From positions 1 to 64,000 of the forward strand of contig JAJCTO010000018.1 in NCBI GenBank assembly GCA_046563655.1: a stretch of DNA of 64,000 nt, read 5' to 3'. Shown piece after piece: positions 1-11,600 of the stretch. The position numbers were made by a program, and so were the translations under genes. Source of the stretch: Yuukianura sp. NJ FZ-2021 (Eukaryota). The notes beneath the pieces are model-generated. The model was not told the DNA's origin. It made no database searches and was given only the letters and a program-made list of their open reading frames with translations. Positions within the stretch are counted from its first letter, which is position 1, and every line of letters begins with the position of its first letter.

Positions 1-1009
1 TGAGTCCGCCGGTTTCCTTGAACAATTTGGCCAGGGTACGGCGGCTAGTAAAAACATTAGTTTCGGTCTTCTTCAGGTCATTGAAAGCCTTGCCCAGAAA
101 ATCCCTCAGCCGAAGTTGCATTTCCAGACCACCCAGTGTATGATCGTATCTGAAACCAAGTGAATCAGCTGATCAACTTATTTCTGAAAACATGATGTTC
201 GCAGTGTAATTTCAAATTCTAGACTTACCCAACACCAAGAATTGTCAACTGTGGATTAGTTTCAACTACTCCCTTCTCCTTAGTTTTCGTCATCTGATAG
301 CTGATTACAGTAGCAACTGTAGTGGATGCTCCCATGTCATACAAGAGAAGGTGCTGAGGAGTCTCGTTGAAATCTTTTCAACAAAAAATACAATAGTTCA
401 AAGCACCTAACAACATTCAAGTGTATTAAAAACGCCATTCCGACGAATAAAATTATCAAAATTCAAATATTTTGTGAGAGATTGATTACTGACCGTGGTT
501 GCGTTTATGAACTGAAGAACATTGATATCCGCCAATTCGGATGCGTGCAGAACTGCTTGTCTGTCGGCTTGGTTGAAATAAGGTGGAACGGTGATGAGTG
601 CTTCCTTGACCGGTTGACTAGAAAACTCCTGAGCATAGTCACGCGCTTGGCTTAGAATCATTCCAAGGAGTTCCTCAGATGAATAAAAAGGTTCACTACA
701 AACAGATAAATCAGTAATTAATAATTAATCATCAATCAGCTGTTATCGATTTAGGTTACGGTACCTGTCATGTTGAAAAAGAACTGTCCCACAGTCAGGA
801 TCAGGAACTAAGTTGTAGTAAGGAAATCTCTTTTGATAAAGCTCTACAATTGGATTATCAATCTTCTTTACCAAGAGTTCCAAGAAGTAAAGGTAAGCAT
901 TGGATGGGAAACGAACTGCTACGTTCAGTGCATCTTCTCCAATGAGCCGCTCATTGTCACGGAACGATACGGCAACTGGTGTTTTCCGCTTTGACTTGGG
1001 CACTCCAGG
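1..1009 (-). pseudogene. HYOU1: Hypoxia up-regulated protein 1 (Grp170/ORP150, ER Hsp70-like) fragment, disabled; continues off the left edge
   Basis: Exons approx 1009-765, 695-494, 406-229 and 149-1 give PGVPKSKRKTPVAVSFRDNERLIGEDA..., EELLGMIL...ITVPPYFNQADRQA, ALNYCIFC*KDFNET...YDMGAS and [16 protein letters not shown]. In-frame TGA at 378-380. The usual MEIALNKE-type segment between PGVP and SKRKTP is missing. No signal-peptide exon is seen upstream. Confidence 0.9.
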
Positions 1010-1029
1010 CTATAATAAAACGTATTAAG

Positions 1030-1094
1030 AGTCCAGCATCCTCCTCCCCTTGTCCACTTCATCCGCAACTCCTGTTTTCAAATTCACAACTTAA
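1030..1094 (-). pseudogene. CTDNEP1: Second small fragment of a CTDNEP1/Dullard intron end plus exon start (GVADEVDKGRRML)
   Basis: Near-identical to 4886-4944. It includes the acceptor ...ttttgaaaacag and an exon that continues the Dullard frame after ...MDIYGA. Confidence 0.75.
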
Positions 1095-1127
1095 ATGGGA
1101 TTTGGAAACTTCAATTAAGATCTCTTA

Positions 1128-2318
1128 CCCGATTTTTGGATTGTGTTTCCTGGGATTCGTTACTGTAGTGCATTTGGAAAAGAGTTTCTTCACATCCTCT
1201 CTAGTCACATCGGCATGAATGTTCGTCACGTAGAGACAAAATGGGTCAATGTGCTCAGGGTTATTCGTCACACGCGTGTCACTGTCCAGTTTCTCCTCCA
1301 CCTTAGAATAAAAACAAAGCTAGATAACTATCAACCCAAGCAAGAGAATAAAGATACTTGGAGGTTTTAGAATGAACTGGAAATGTTTAAACTTACGGTG
1401 ATATTTGAACCAGCGAATTTGACTTTCTTCAAGGCTTCCACTCCCTTCTTGACGTCTGCGTCGTGCTTGAAGATGACGAGAAACTGTCTGGGTTCGACAG
1501 ATTTGGCAAAGACTGCAATTTCGATGCCCCCATGCCACGCCTTCACAATTTGCTGTGATGGGAGGGTCATGCACTTTGATCAAGTACACACGACCACCAT
1601 GACCCAGCTCCTGCTCCGCCTTCATTCCTCGCTCGCAGGCTCCAGCCGGTCTTGGATTAGAACCCAATTTCTAAACACAGTCACAAGTTTACCAATTGGG
1701 AAGAAAGGTAGTGGAAAAGCGTGGATTACTTACGCTAGTCAAGCGTTGGAATCGGCCCTTCGTCTGGGCTTTCTTGTGAATGTTCTTACTCTGCGCAGAA
1801 ACTTTATTCAATCCTCCCTTGGCTTGATCTTTCTTCTGGAACTTGTGCTTTGGCTGTTGCGTGGCTGGAGCTTTCGGTGGCGAAGTGCCTTTCGTCACTT
1901 CCACCTTCTTTGCACCCACTGGTGGAGGAGCCACTTTCTTGTTCAAATTCTGAGGTTGAGTCTTCTGATTGTCATGCTTCTGTTCCTGTTTCGGAGGATC
2001 TCCACCTTACAGCCAAAAAACAGTTTAGAAAAGTTGATTCCAGATATCTGAAAGTAATTAACTGGTTTGGTTACCTTTGCATTGTGGCTGCTTGGTACTT
2101 TGTTGACTACCGAAGGACTTGTTTCCTCCGAATTTATTGGGACGCTGACCTTGAAGTCCTCCAGGGGATTTACCTTGTTGGTTTTTGGGAAATTTGGATG
2201 GGTATTGTTTCCCCAACGGACTGCAAACACAAAACACAATCTTCAAGTCATAATTAAGTCAAGACTTAAGTAAGGAAGGAAAAATAGGAAAACTTACCTT
2301 TCGTTTCTCGGCTGCCAT
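1128..2318 (-). pseudogene. Lys/Pro-rich RRM-domain RNA-binding protein (nucleolin-like), frameshifted and 3'-truncated
   Basis: Exon MAAEKRK then gt donor; K/P/Q-rich exons; an RRM-like exon (IVKAWHGGIEIAVFAKSVEPRQFLVIFKHDADVKKGVEALKKVKF) split between two frames; last exon IDPFCLYVTNIHADVTREDVKKLF has an RNP2 motif. An apparent extra G at about 2211-2214 shifts the frame. Confidence 0.65.
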
Positions 2319-2807
2319 GATCATGTTCCCTTCAACTATTCTGTACTTCCTACCAGGAAACAACTTGTGGATTAAGCAATGAACAGACGGTGACCTTTAA
2401 GTTGGACGACGTCGAGGTCAACGTAATGACAACTGGATGAGCGACTACTGCTGACAAGGAGGAATTCAAAGTGAATCTGAGAACAGGGACTTCCACTTCA
2501 CAGAGGAGTAACAAGTAACTCCACTGGTCTTATTTATAACTTTTTCTTTTCTGAGTGCGGACCACGCGTGTAACAAAAATTCCGCCATAAAGTCACTATC
2601 GGAGGCTAATACTCGGAAAAGAGTAGAAACTGCAGATAGAGTTATCTGATTCTTAGACACTCCTATGTTTTGTACTTGACACAAAGTGCGGGAACCTAAT
2701 TTAAATAGTTTAAGTTGTTAGATTTAACAAATCTACAATTCGATTACAAGAAAACAATTACTAAATTAATTAGTAATGAAGAATAATTATCTGTTGCTTT
2801 GCTTCAG

Positions 2808-3477
2808 TTTGAATAACAACTTGTGCAACTGTTGTTATTCACTTGATCTGGACCTGGAGGATTAGTGGAGGAAGACTCGTCTCCAATCAACTAAACGGTA
2901 ACAATGTAACTTAAAAGGGAATCAGTTTTTACATGTGTTTTTAATATCCTTAGGTCAGTTGGTTGTTAGCGATTAGTGACTCGGACGACACTGACTTGGA
3001 GAACTTACAACTGGCCCTCAGCAGTCTCCTCAAGAACAACTTCCCACTTCAGACGAGTGAGTGCTGTGAGTGTTTCCCTGTCCACTTAGTACTTTTCAAT
3101 CATCATAGTGTTTCTTTTGTTTTGTATTAGGGCTTTTACCGTCCCCAACCTCATCTCAATTGAACCGGTGGAGAACTCCAAAAGAAGAATGAGGATGATG
3201 GACCCACAGTAGAGGAAGATGACAACGGACAGAGTGACGACAGGAGCAGTGGAAGCGAATATGCGGTTGTCGGTAATTGTCACAACCAATGAAGCTAAAG
3301 GAACTGGACGTTGTTATGAATTTGTCGCTGACTGTTGTGTTTTTTTTAGAAGAGGGACTTTCTGTTTCATGTGGTGATGTGGACCAAGTGATTGAGGAAG
3401 TTGTTGTGTCGGAGGGTGAGAACATGAACATGACAAGTCCAGAGGAAGAAGAGGCTGAAGATGCCGCCGTCAGTTAG
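2808..3477 (+). pseudogene. Exon-like fragments of an unidentified gene with an acidic C-terminus
   Basis: GT-AG-bounded segments at about 2808-2897, 2954-3055, 3131-3272 and 3350-3477; the last reads EGLSVSCGDVDQVIEEVVVSEGENMNMTSPEEEEAEDAAVS*. No clean start found. Confidence 0.3.
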
Positions 3478-3532
3478 CCATGCTTCTTTCGACGAGATTC
3501 ACTTAGGAGTGCATTAGGAGTAACCTAATGTC

Positions 3533-3934
3533 AGACCGAGACGATTTGCTCAGTCGTCGATTCACGCCACATGACAACACGAGTATCAACATTGACTATT
3601 CCATCCAGCATCATAGTTCTCTCCAGGTTAGCTCATAACATCATAAACTACAAATCCCGCAATGCCAAATAAAATGTCACTTTACCAGAACGCCCACCGT
3701 GGAATCGATGACATGCTGTCGCAGGGATACCAAATACTTGGGAATTTGCGTGATCAGGAGTCCATCCTGAAGCAAACGAAGACAAGGATTCTAAACTTTA
3801 CAAACACACTGGGACTATCTAACACCGTGATGCAGTTCATAGAACGCCGTGCATACCAAGACAAGTTTGTTCTCTACGGTGAGATGCTTCTCACACTAAC
3901 CATCATCTTTTTCATTTACATGTACTTTCTCTAG
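3533..3934 (+). pseudogene. GOSR2: Golgi SNARE membrin (GOSR2/Bos1), C-terminal half only
   Basis: DRDDLLSRRFTPHDNTSINIDYSIQHHSSLQ, intron 3627-3688, then NAHRGIDDMLSQGYQILGNLRDQ...LGLSNTVMQFIERRAYQDKFVLYGEMLLTLTIIFFIYMYFL*. SNARE motif and TM anchor present; N-terminal exons absent. Confidence 0.85.
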
Positions 3935-4142
3935 ACCTTTCTCCCAACTTCATCTGTGATTCATGTCCCTAACTTCTAAGCTTATTAAATCATATCGTCC
4001 GTTTTCCTAAAATACGAGAGGATCTACCGGAGAGAAGAAGTGATTAGAATTAGTTGGATATTTCGTTTTAATCAAAGATACCTCGCCATGCCATCCACTG
4101 AAGTTTAATGGAAACTAGTGTTTAATTAGTAATTGAAGTACA

Positions 4143-4655
<513 letters not shown>

Positions 4656-4885
4656 TTTGTAGTTTCTGGATTTGATGAAAGAAAGGACTTGTTAAGGGAC
4701 CTGGACAGCAATAGGATACGAATGAAACCATTTGAATGGTTCATGAGTCGGTAGTTACTCGTAAGAATGAATTAGTGCTTACCTAGTAAATCGTTGACCA
4801 CGACCAGTAGACCAGTAACACCGAAACACGTTTCTTCCTTGTTACTCGCAAAGAACGAAATGCACAAATGATGGACAGAGACCGT

Positions 4886-5594
4886 ATCCTCCTCCCCTTG
4901 TCCACTTCATCCCCAACTCCTGTTTTCAAAATATCACAACTTAATTAACTTTATCCTACTTACAAATTCCACTCTAAATCCGAATTTAATTTTGAATAAA
5001 CATACCTGCACCGTAGATGTCCATTGAGGCAGTGAACACGACCAACTCGAACCATTTGGAAACCTACGCAAAGGAATTCATTTGTTATCATGCATGTTGT
5101 CTTTATGCATTAAAACTTACGACATCCAGGAAGTAGTGGACGTGTGGTCGTTTGTGGACAAAAAACCGAACTGGGTGCCGCTCAATCGTTACTTTGAGTA
5201 TAAAGTCCGGAGGTGTCCCTGGCTTAACGGTTTGCCTAAACAAAGTAGAGATTGATGGAGATGCTAATTAAAAGTACGAGTTCCAGACAGTACCTTTGAA
5301 CTCCATCGTGATGAGAATGGATGAGTGTTTCGTCCAGGTCCAGTACGAGTACTTTCCTCCGAACGACTGACAGCCTATGTTTAGATAAAGGTGACAATGG
5401 GATCTCCTCATACTTGACTGCTTGATGTTGAATAATCTAAAACAGTGGAAATGGGGCAGTCAATTACACAATGTGCTTGGATTTGGTTGCCTTACCTTCC
5501 TTGCGTTCTTCTTCATGAAATAGGTGAGGCAGTTCCAAATTCTGTTGAGAAAAAGTAGGACATGTCTAATGGCCACTTCCGCATATTTCCACAT
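4886..5594 (-). pseudogene. CTDNEP1: CTD nuclear envelope phosphatase 1 (Dullard), 5' half, truncated within exon 5
   Basis: MWKYAEVAIRHVLLFLNRIWNCLTYFMKKNARK | [46 protein letters not shown] | [28 protein letters not shown] | VSKWFELVVFTASMDIYGA | GVGDEVDKGRR, then homology stops. HAD DLDET motif present. Confidence 0.92.
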
Positions 5595-6119
5595 CGCAAC
5601 GTCAATCTCCAGAAGAAACGACGAAACGTGTGGAAGTCCAATCAAACGTTGCTCCTCGGATTGTGGATCTGGACTGGAGAAAGAATAGTCCAAACTATGA
5701 GAATAATCGATGACCAAATGAGTGGATTCCAGTCAACTACTTTTACTTGACTTTAATTGTGTTGTTCCTTACCTTAACCTTTGAAAAATGCTTGATCCAG
5801 CTTCAGTTTGTAGTTGTGCTGGTTGTAGATAAACTAAAACTCAGTTAATCGGTTTAATTAATTAGTTAATCGTGAACTTTGCACTACTAAAGAAGGAAGA
5901 AATGAACAAAACAACTGAAATCTATAACTTTTAAAAGTAAAATCAGCTGGCGCATGCGCGCACTCGCAATAACAAAATTGAAAATTTTGAGTAGAGGTCG
6001 GCGCCTCGCACTTCACAGCCACAAAAACAGCAAAGCACCATTAATTAAATTAATTACTTGATTACTCTTTAATTAAAGCATATAGAACCACGGGATTTGT
6101 TATCTGACATCAAACATAA

Positions 6120-6820
6120 TGTATTCTTTGTGATATAACGTATTCCGGAGTTTTAACATGCGTAATTAGCCTAATTTCTACTATTGTACCAAAACCATGG
6201 TCGCAGCTACTTGCGATAACTACGATTGCTGATTACACCTTAAGTAATCGATTTAAAATCCTGAAATGTGTTATGTCAGCTTGTAATCGATTGGTTCTTT
6301 GCCGTATAACGTATTCCAGAGTTTTAAAATGCTTAATTAGCTTTAATTTTCACTTTTGTGCCAAACTCACGATCGCATGTACCTGCGATGTCTGCGATTG
6401 CAGATTACTCGTAGAGTAATCGATTTAAAATCCTGAAATGTGTTAAATCGACTTGTAATCGATTAGTTCTTTCCCATATAACGTATTCCGGAGTTTTAAA
6501 GTGCTTAATTAGCTTCATTTTTCACTATTGAACCAAAATCTTGATCGCCAGTACTTGCGATTTCTACGATTGCTGATTACGCCTAAAGTAATCGATTTAA
6601 AATCCTGAAATGTGTTATATCAGCTTGTAATCGATTAGTTCTTTGCCAAATGACGTATTCCAGAATTTTAATTTGCATAATTAAGCTAATTAGCGCCTAT
6701 TGTCCTCAAATTCAGTTTTTGCTTAATTATTCAGTAACTATGCAAATTAAAATTCTGGAATACGTTATCTCGACTAGTAATTGATTAGTTCTTTGCCGTA
6801 TTACGTATTCCAGAATTTTA
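6120..6820. repeat. About 172-bp diverged tandem repeat (3+ copies) ending in a 27-bp perfect inverted repeat
   Basis: acgtattcc recurs at about 6138, 6309, 6481 and 6653. Segment 6653-6679 is the exact reverse complement of 6739-6765. Confidence 0.85.
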
Positions 6821-7060
6821 AGATGACGTTTAGCTCTATTGTCTTAACGCTATTGTGAAAAAAACGCTTTTTTCGTCGGAAAAACGTTTCGGAGATGGCC
6901 GAATTTGGTGTCAAAAGATCGGAAATTTAAAATAGTATCGATTTTGACACCAAAATCTCGCCTATCGGTGGATTTTGGAGTTTTTTTTTGCAAAAAACAT
7001 GATTTTTTGGCAAAAAAACACAACATAAATACAAGTTTTGATTCCTATTCTCTCAGTGTT

Positions 7061-7133
7061 GGCATAGTAGCTTACAGGTATAGAGCGCCTGTTTAGCATT
7101 ATGCAGGAGGGTGGTTCGAGTCCACCCAGCGGT
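7061..7133 (+). pseudogene. tRNA-derived sequence (tRNA pseudogene or SINE head, possibly Ala-AGC-like)
   Basis: A-box-like TAGCTTACAGGTATAGAGC; anticodon-like arm cctg..ttagcat..cagg; T-arm GGGTGG-TTCGAGT-CCACCC containing the B box GGTTCGAGTCC. The acceptor stem does not pair well. Confidence 0.55.
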
Positions 7134-7279
7134 GTGGGTATTTGTAGACGCCAAAGCTATGCTCCGGGCTCTCCTACCCCCCGTGTTGTTTGTTTGGGGG
7201 GTAGGGGGCCCGGGGAAGGTGGGGCATGGGGGGAAGGAGGCTAAAAAATAGAAAATTAATAATTAAATTAATTTTTTGT

Positions 7280-8060
7280 TCTAAGTTCAATTGTTTTCAA
7301 AGTACTTTTTCCCACGGTCATGTTTTTAAAAGTTCATTTTTTTTCAGAGTTCATTTTAGTTTCCCACGCTCAGTATTTTCCCACACTCGTTTTTCTTTCA
7401 AAGTTCATTTTGTTTTCCCACATTCATTTTTTTCCCATAGTTCATTTTCTTCCGACGTTGATTTTTATTTCAAAGTTCAATTTATTTTCCCACCGTAATT
7501 TTCTCCCCACCATCATTTTTTCGAATGGTCATTTTTTTTTCAAAGTTCATTATATTTTCCCATATTCATTTTTTTTCCACAGTCATTTTTTTTCAAATTG
7601 CACTTTATTCTCCCACCTTCATTTTCTTCCGACGTTGATTTTTATTTCAAAATTCAATTTATTTTCCCACCGTCATTTTTTCACCACCTTCATTTTTTTC
7701 CCACAGTCATTTTTTTTTCAAAGTTCATTTGATATCCCCACCTTCATCATTTTCACACAATCATTTTTTCCCCACCGTCATTTTTTTTCCAAAGTTCATT
7801 TTATTTTCACAACTTCATTTTTTTCCTACAGTCATTCTTTAAAAGTTCAGTTTATTCTGACACCTTCATTTTTTTTTCAAAGTTCAATATATTTATATAT
7901 TAATATATATAAATATATTAATATATTTTACCATATTAATCTTTTTTCCACAGTCCCTTTTTTTCAAAGTTCAGTTTATTCTCCCACCTTCGTTATTTTC
8001 TCACAGTCATTTTTTTCTCAATCTTCAAAGTACAATTTTTTCACAAGTTCACGTTTTTTT
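7280..8060. repeat. Degenerate T-rich tandem repeat (ttttcaaagttcattt...ttcccacagtcatt)
   Basis: Recurrent caaagttca and cccac..tcatttt motifs separated by poly-T runs. Confidence 0.8.
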
Positions 8061-8205
8061 CAGAATGTCGATGCAGTATTATATTTTCAAGATTCTGCAT
8101 TAGAAAGGCCATTGCCAGCAGTTTGCTGGTGTTTGACATTTCAGAAAATTTTGCATTACTAATTCCGTTCCCAGGGGTTTGAGATATGCCCAAAAGCTCT
8201 ATAAA

Positions 8206-8562
8206 GGTTTTTGTTGAATTTGAATCCTAACCTGCCGATCTCGAGGGTTTTTGTTGAATTTGAATCCTAACCTGCCGATCTCGAGGGTTTTTGTTGAATT
8301 CGAATCCTAACCTGCCGAGGGTTTTTGTTGAATTTGAATCCTAACCTGCCGATCTCGAGGGTTTTTGTTGAATTTGAATCCTAACCTGCCGATCTCGAGG
8401 GTTTTTGTTGAATTCGAATCCTAACCTGCCGATCTCGAGGGTTTTTGTTGAATTCGAATCCTAACCTGCCGATCTCGAGGGTTTTTGTTGAATTCGAATC
8501 CTAACCTGCCGATCTCGAGGGTTTTTGTTGAATTCGAATCCTAACCTGCCGATCTCGAGGGT
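8206..8562. repeat. 40-bp tandem repeat, about 9 copies
   Basis: Unit ggtttttgttgaatt(t/c)gaatcctaacctgccgatctcgag; one copy has a short deletion. Confidence 0.97.
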
Positions 8563-8612
8563 TTAGGTTAGGTTAGGTTAGGTTAGGTTAGGTTAGGTTA
8601 GGTTAGGTTAGG
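8563..8612 (+). repeat. Interstitial arthropod-type telomeric repeat (TTAGG)10
   Basis: Ten perfect TTAGG units between the 40-bp repeat and the large minisatellite. Confidence 0.95.
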
Positions 8613-8667
8613 TATTCACTAACTTGATGTAGGTCGAAGTGTTCATCCAACCTCGTTCATCGAAATT

Positions 8668-11600
8668 CAATGAACAGGCGTTAACGATGTACTGTATTTG
8701 ATGAACACTAGAAAATCGACAGCTGGATTCTAGGCACTAGAATAGAGAGTTGCAACCTAACCTAAATACAATGAACAGGCGTTAACGATTTACACTATTT
8801 GATGAACACTCGAAAATCGACAGCTTGATTCTCGACAGTAGAAAAGAGACAGTCCCAATTTCCGACAGTGGAAAATCGACAGCTCGACAGTAGAAAATCG
8901 ACAGCTTCATTTCCGACACTAGAAAGTCGACAGTCCCAATCTCGACAGTTGAAAAGAGACAGTAACAATTTCCGACACTAGTAAGTCGACAGCTCCATTC
9001 TCGACAGTAGAAAAAAGACAGTCCCAATTTCCGACACTAGAAAATCGACAGCTTCATTTCCGACACTAGAAAGTCGACAGTCCCAATCTCGACAGTTGGA
9101 AAGAGACAGTAACAATTTCCGACAGTAGAAAATCGACAGCTCCATTCTCGACAGTAGAAAAAAGACAGTCCCAATTTCCGACAGTAGAAAATCGACAGCT
9201 TCATTTCCGTCACTAGAAAGTCGACAGTCCCATTCTCGACAGTTGAAAAGAGACAGTCCCAATTTCCGACAGTAGAAAATCGACAGCTTCATTTCCGACA
9301 CTAGAAAGTCGACAGTCCCAATCTCGACAGTTGAAAAGAGACAGTCCCAATTTCCGACAGTAGAAAATCGACAGCTTCATTTCCGACACTAGAAAGTCGA
9401 CAGTCCCATTCTCGACAGTTGAAAAGAGACAGTCCCAATTTCCGACAGTAGAAAATCGACAGCTTCATTTCCGTCACTAGAAAGTCGACAGCGACAGTCC
9501 CATTCTCGACAGTTGAAAAGAGACAGTAACAATTTCCGACACTAGAAAATCGACAGCTGCACTGTCGACCGTAGAAAAGAGACAGTCCCAATTTCCGACA
9601 TTAGAAAGTCGACAGCTCCATTCTCGACAGTTGAAAAGAGACAGTCCCAATTTCCGACAGTGGAAAATCGACAGCTTCATTTCCGACACTAGAAAGTCGA
9701 CAGCGACAGTCCCATTCTCGACAGTTGAAAAGAGACAGTAACAATTTCCGACACTAGTAAGTCGACAGCTCCATTCTCGACAGTTGAAAAGAGACAGTCC
9801 CAATTTCCGACAGTAGAAAATCGACAGCTTCATTTCCGACACTAGAAAGTCGACAGTCCCAATCTCGACAGTTGAAAAGAGACAGTCCCAATTTCCGACA
9901 GTAGAAAATCGACAGCTTCATTTCCGACACTAGAAAGTCGACAGTCCCATTCTCGACAGTTGAAAAGAGACAGTCCCAATTTCCGACAGTAGAAAATCGA
10001 CAGCTTCATTTCCGTCACTAGAAAGTCGACAGCGACAGTCCCATTCTCGACAGTTGAAAAGAGACAGTAACAATTTTCGACACTAGAAAGTCGACAGCTA
10101 CACTGTCGACAGTAGAAAAAAGACAGTCCCAATTTCCGACAGTAGAAAAGAGACAGTCCCAATTTCCGACACTAGAAAATCGACAGCTTCATTTCCGACA
10201 CTAGAAAGTCGACAGTTGCAAGGTTAGTTAACCTAACCTAAATCCAATGAACAGGCGTTAACGATGTACTGTATTTGATGAACACTTGAAAATCGACAGC
10301 CCCAAATTCCGACTGGAAAATCGACAGCTTGATTCTCGGCACTAGAAAAGAGACAGTTGCAAGGTTAGTTAACCTAACCTAAATCCAATGAACAGGCGTT
10401 AACGATGTACTGTATTTGATGAACAGTTGAAAATCGACAGCCCCAAATTCCGACTGGAAAATCGACAGCTTGATTCTCGGCACTAGAAAAGAGACAGTTG
10501 CAAGGTCGACCGTAGAAAAGAGACAGTCCCAATTTCCGACATTAGAAAGTCGACAGCTCCATTCTCGACAGTAGAAAAAGACAGTCCCAATTTCCGACAG
10601 TAGAAAATCGACAGCTTCATTTCCGACACTAGAAAGTCGACAGTCCCAATCTCGACAGTTGAAAAGAGACAGTAACAATTTCCGACACTAGTAAGTCGAC
10701 AGCTCCATTCTCGACAGTAGAAAAAGACAGTCCCAATTGCCGACACTAGAAAATCGACAGCTTCATTTCCGACACTAGAAAGTCGACAGACCCAATCTCG
10801 ACAGTTGGAAAGAGACAGTAACAATTTCCGACACTAGAAAATCGACAGCTCCATTCTCGACAGTAGAAAAAGACAGTCCCAATTTCCGACAGTAGAAAAT
10901 CGACAGCTTCATTTCCGTCACTAGAAAGTCGACAGTCCCATTCTCGACAGTTGAAAAGAGACAGTCCCAATTTCCGACAGTAGAAAATCGACAACTTCAT
11001 TTCCGACACTAGAAAGTCGACAGTCCCAATCTCGACAGTTGAAAAGAGACAGTAACAATTTCCGACACTAGTAAGTCGACAGCTCCATTCTCGACAGTTG
11101 AAAAGAGACAGTCCCAATTTCCGACAGTGGAAAATCGACAGCTTCATTTCCGACACTAGAAAGTCGACAGCGACAGTCCCATTCTCGACAGTTGAAAAGA
11201 GACAGTAACAATTTCCGACACTAGTAAGTCGACAGCTCCATTCTCGACAGTAGAAAAAAGACAGTCCCAATTTCCGACAGTAGAAAATCGACAGCTTCAT
11301 TTCCATCACTAGAAAGTCGACAGCGACAGTCCCATTCTCGACAGTTGAAAAGAGACAGTAACAATTTCCGACACTAGAAAATCGACAGCTGCACTGTCGA
11401 CCGTAGAAAAGAGACAGTCCCAATTTCCGACATTAGAAAGTCGACAGCTCCATTCTCGACAGTTGAAAATCGACAGCCCCAATTTCCGACAGTAGAAAAT
11501 CGACAGCTTCATTCCCGACACTAGAAAGTTGACAGTCCCATTCTCGACAATAGAAAAGAGACAGTAACAATTTTCGACACTAGAAAGTCGACAGCTACAC

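Noticed and set aside
1383..2051. 222-aa plus-strand ORF
   Set aside because: It is the antisense shadow of the minus-strand RRM gene exons.
7320..8162. 280-aa Phe-rich ORF
   Set aside because: It is a by-product of a T-rich degenerate repeat.
8563..8612. True chromosome end
   Set aside because: Only 10 units, followed by 55 kb of further sequence.
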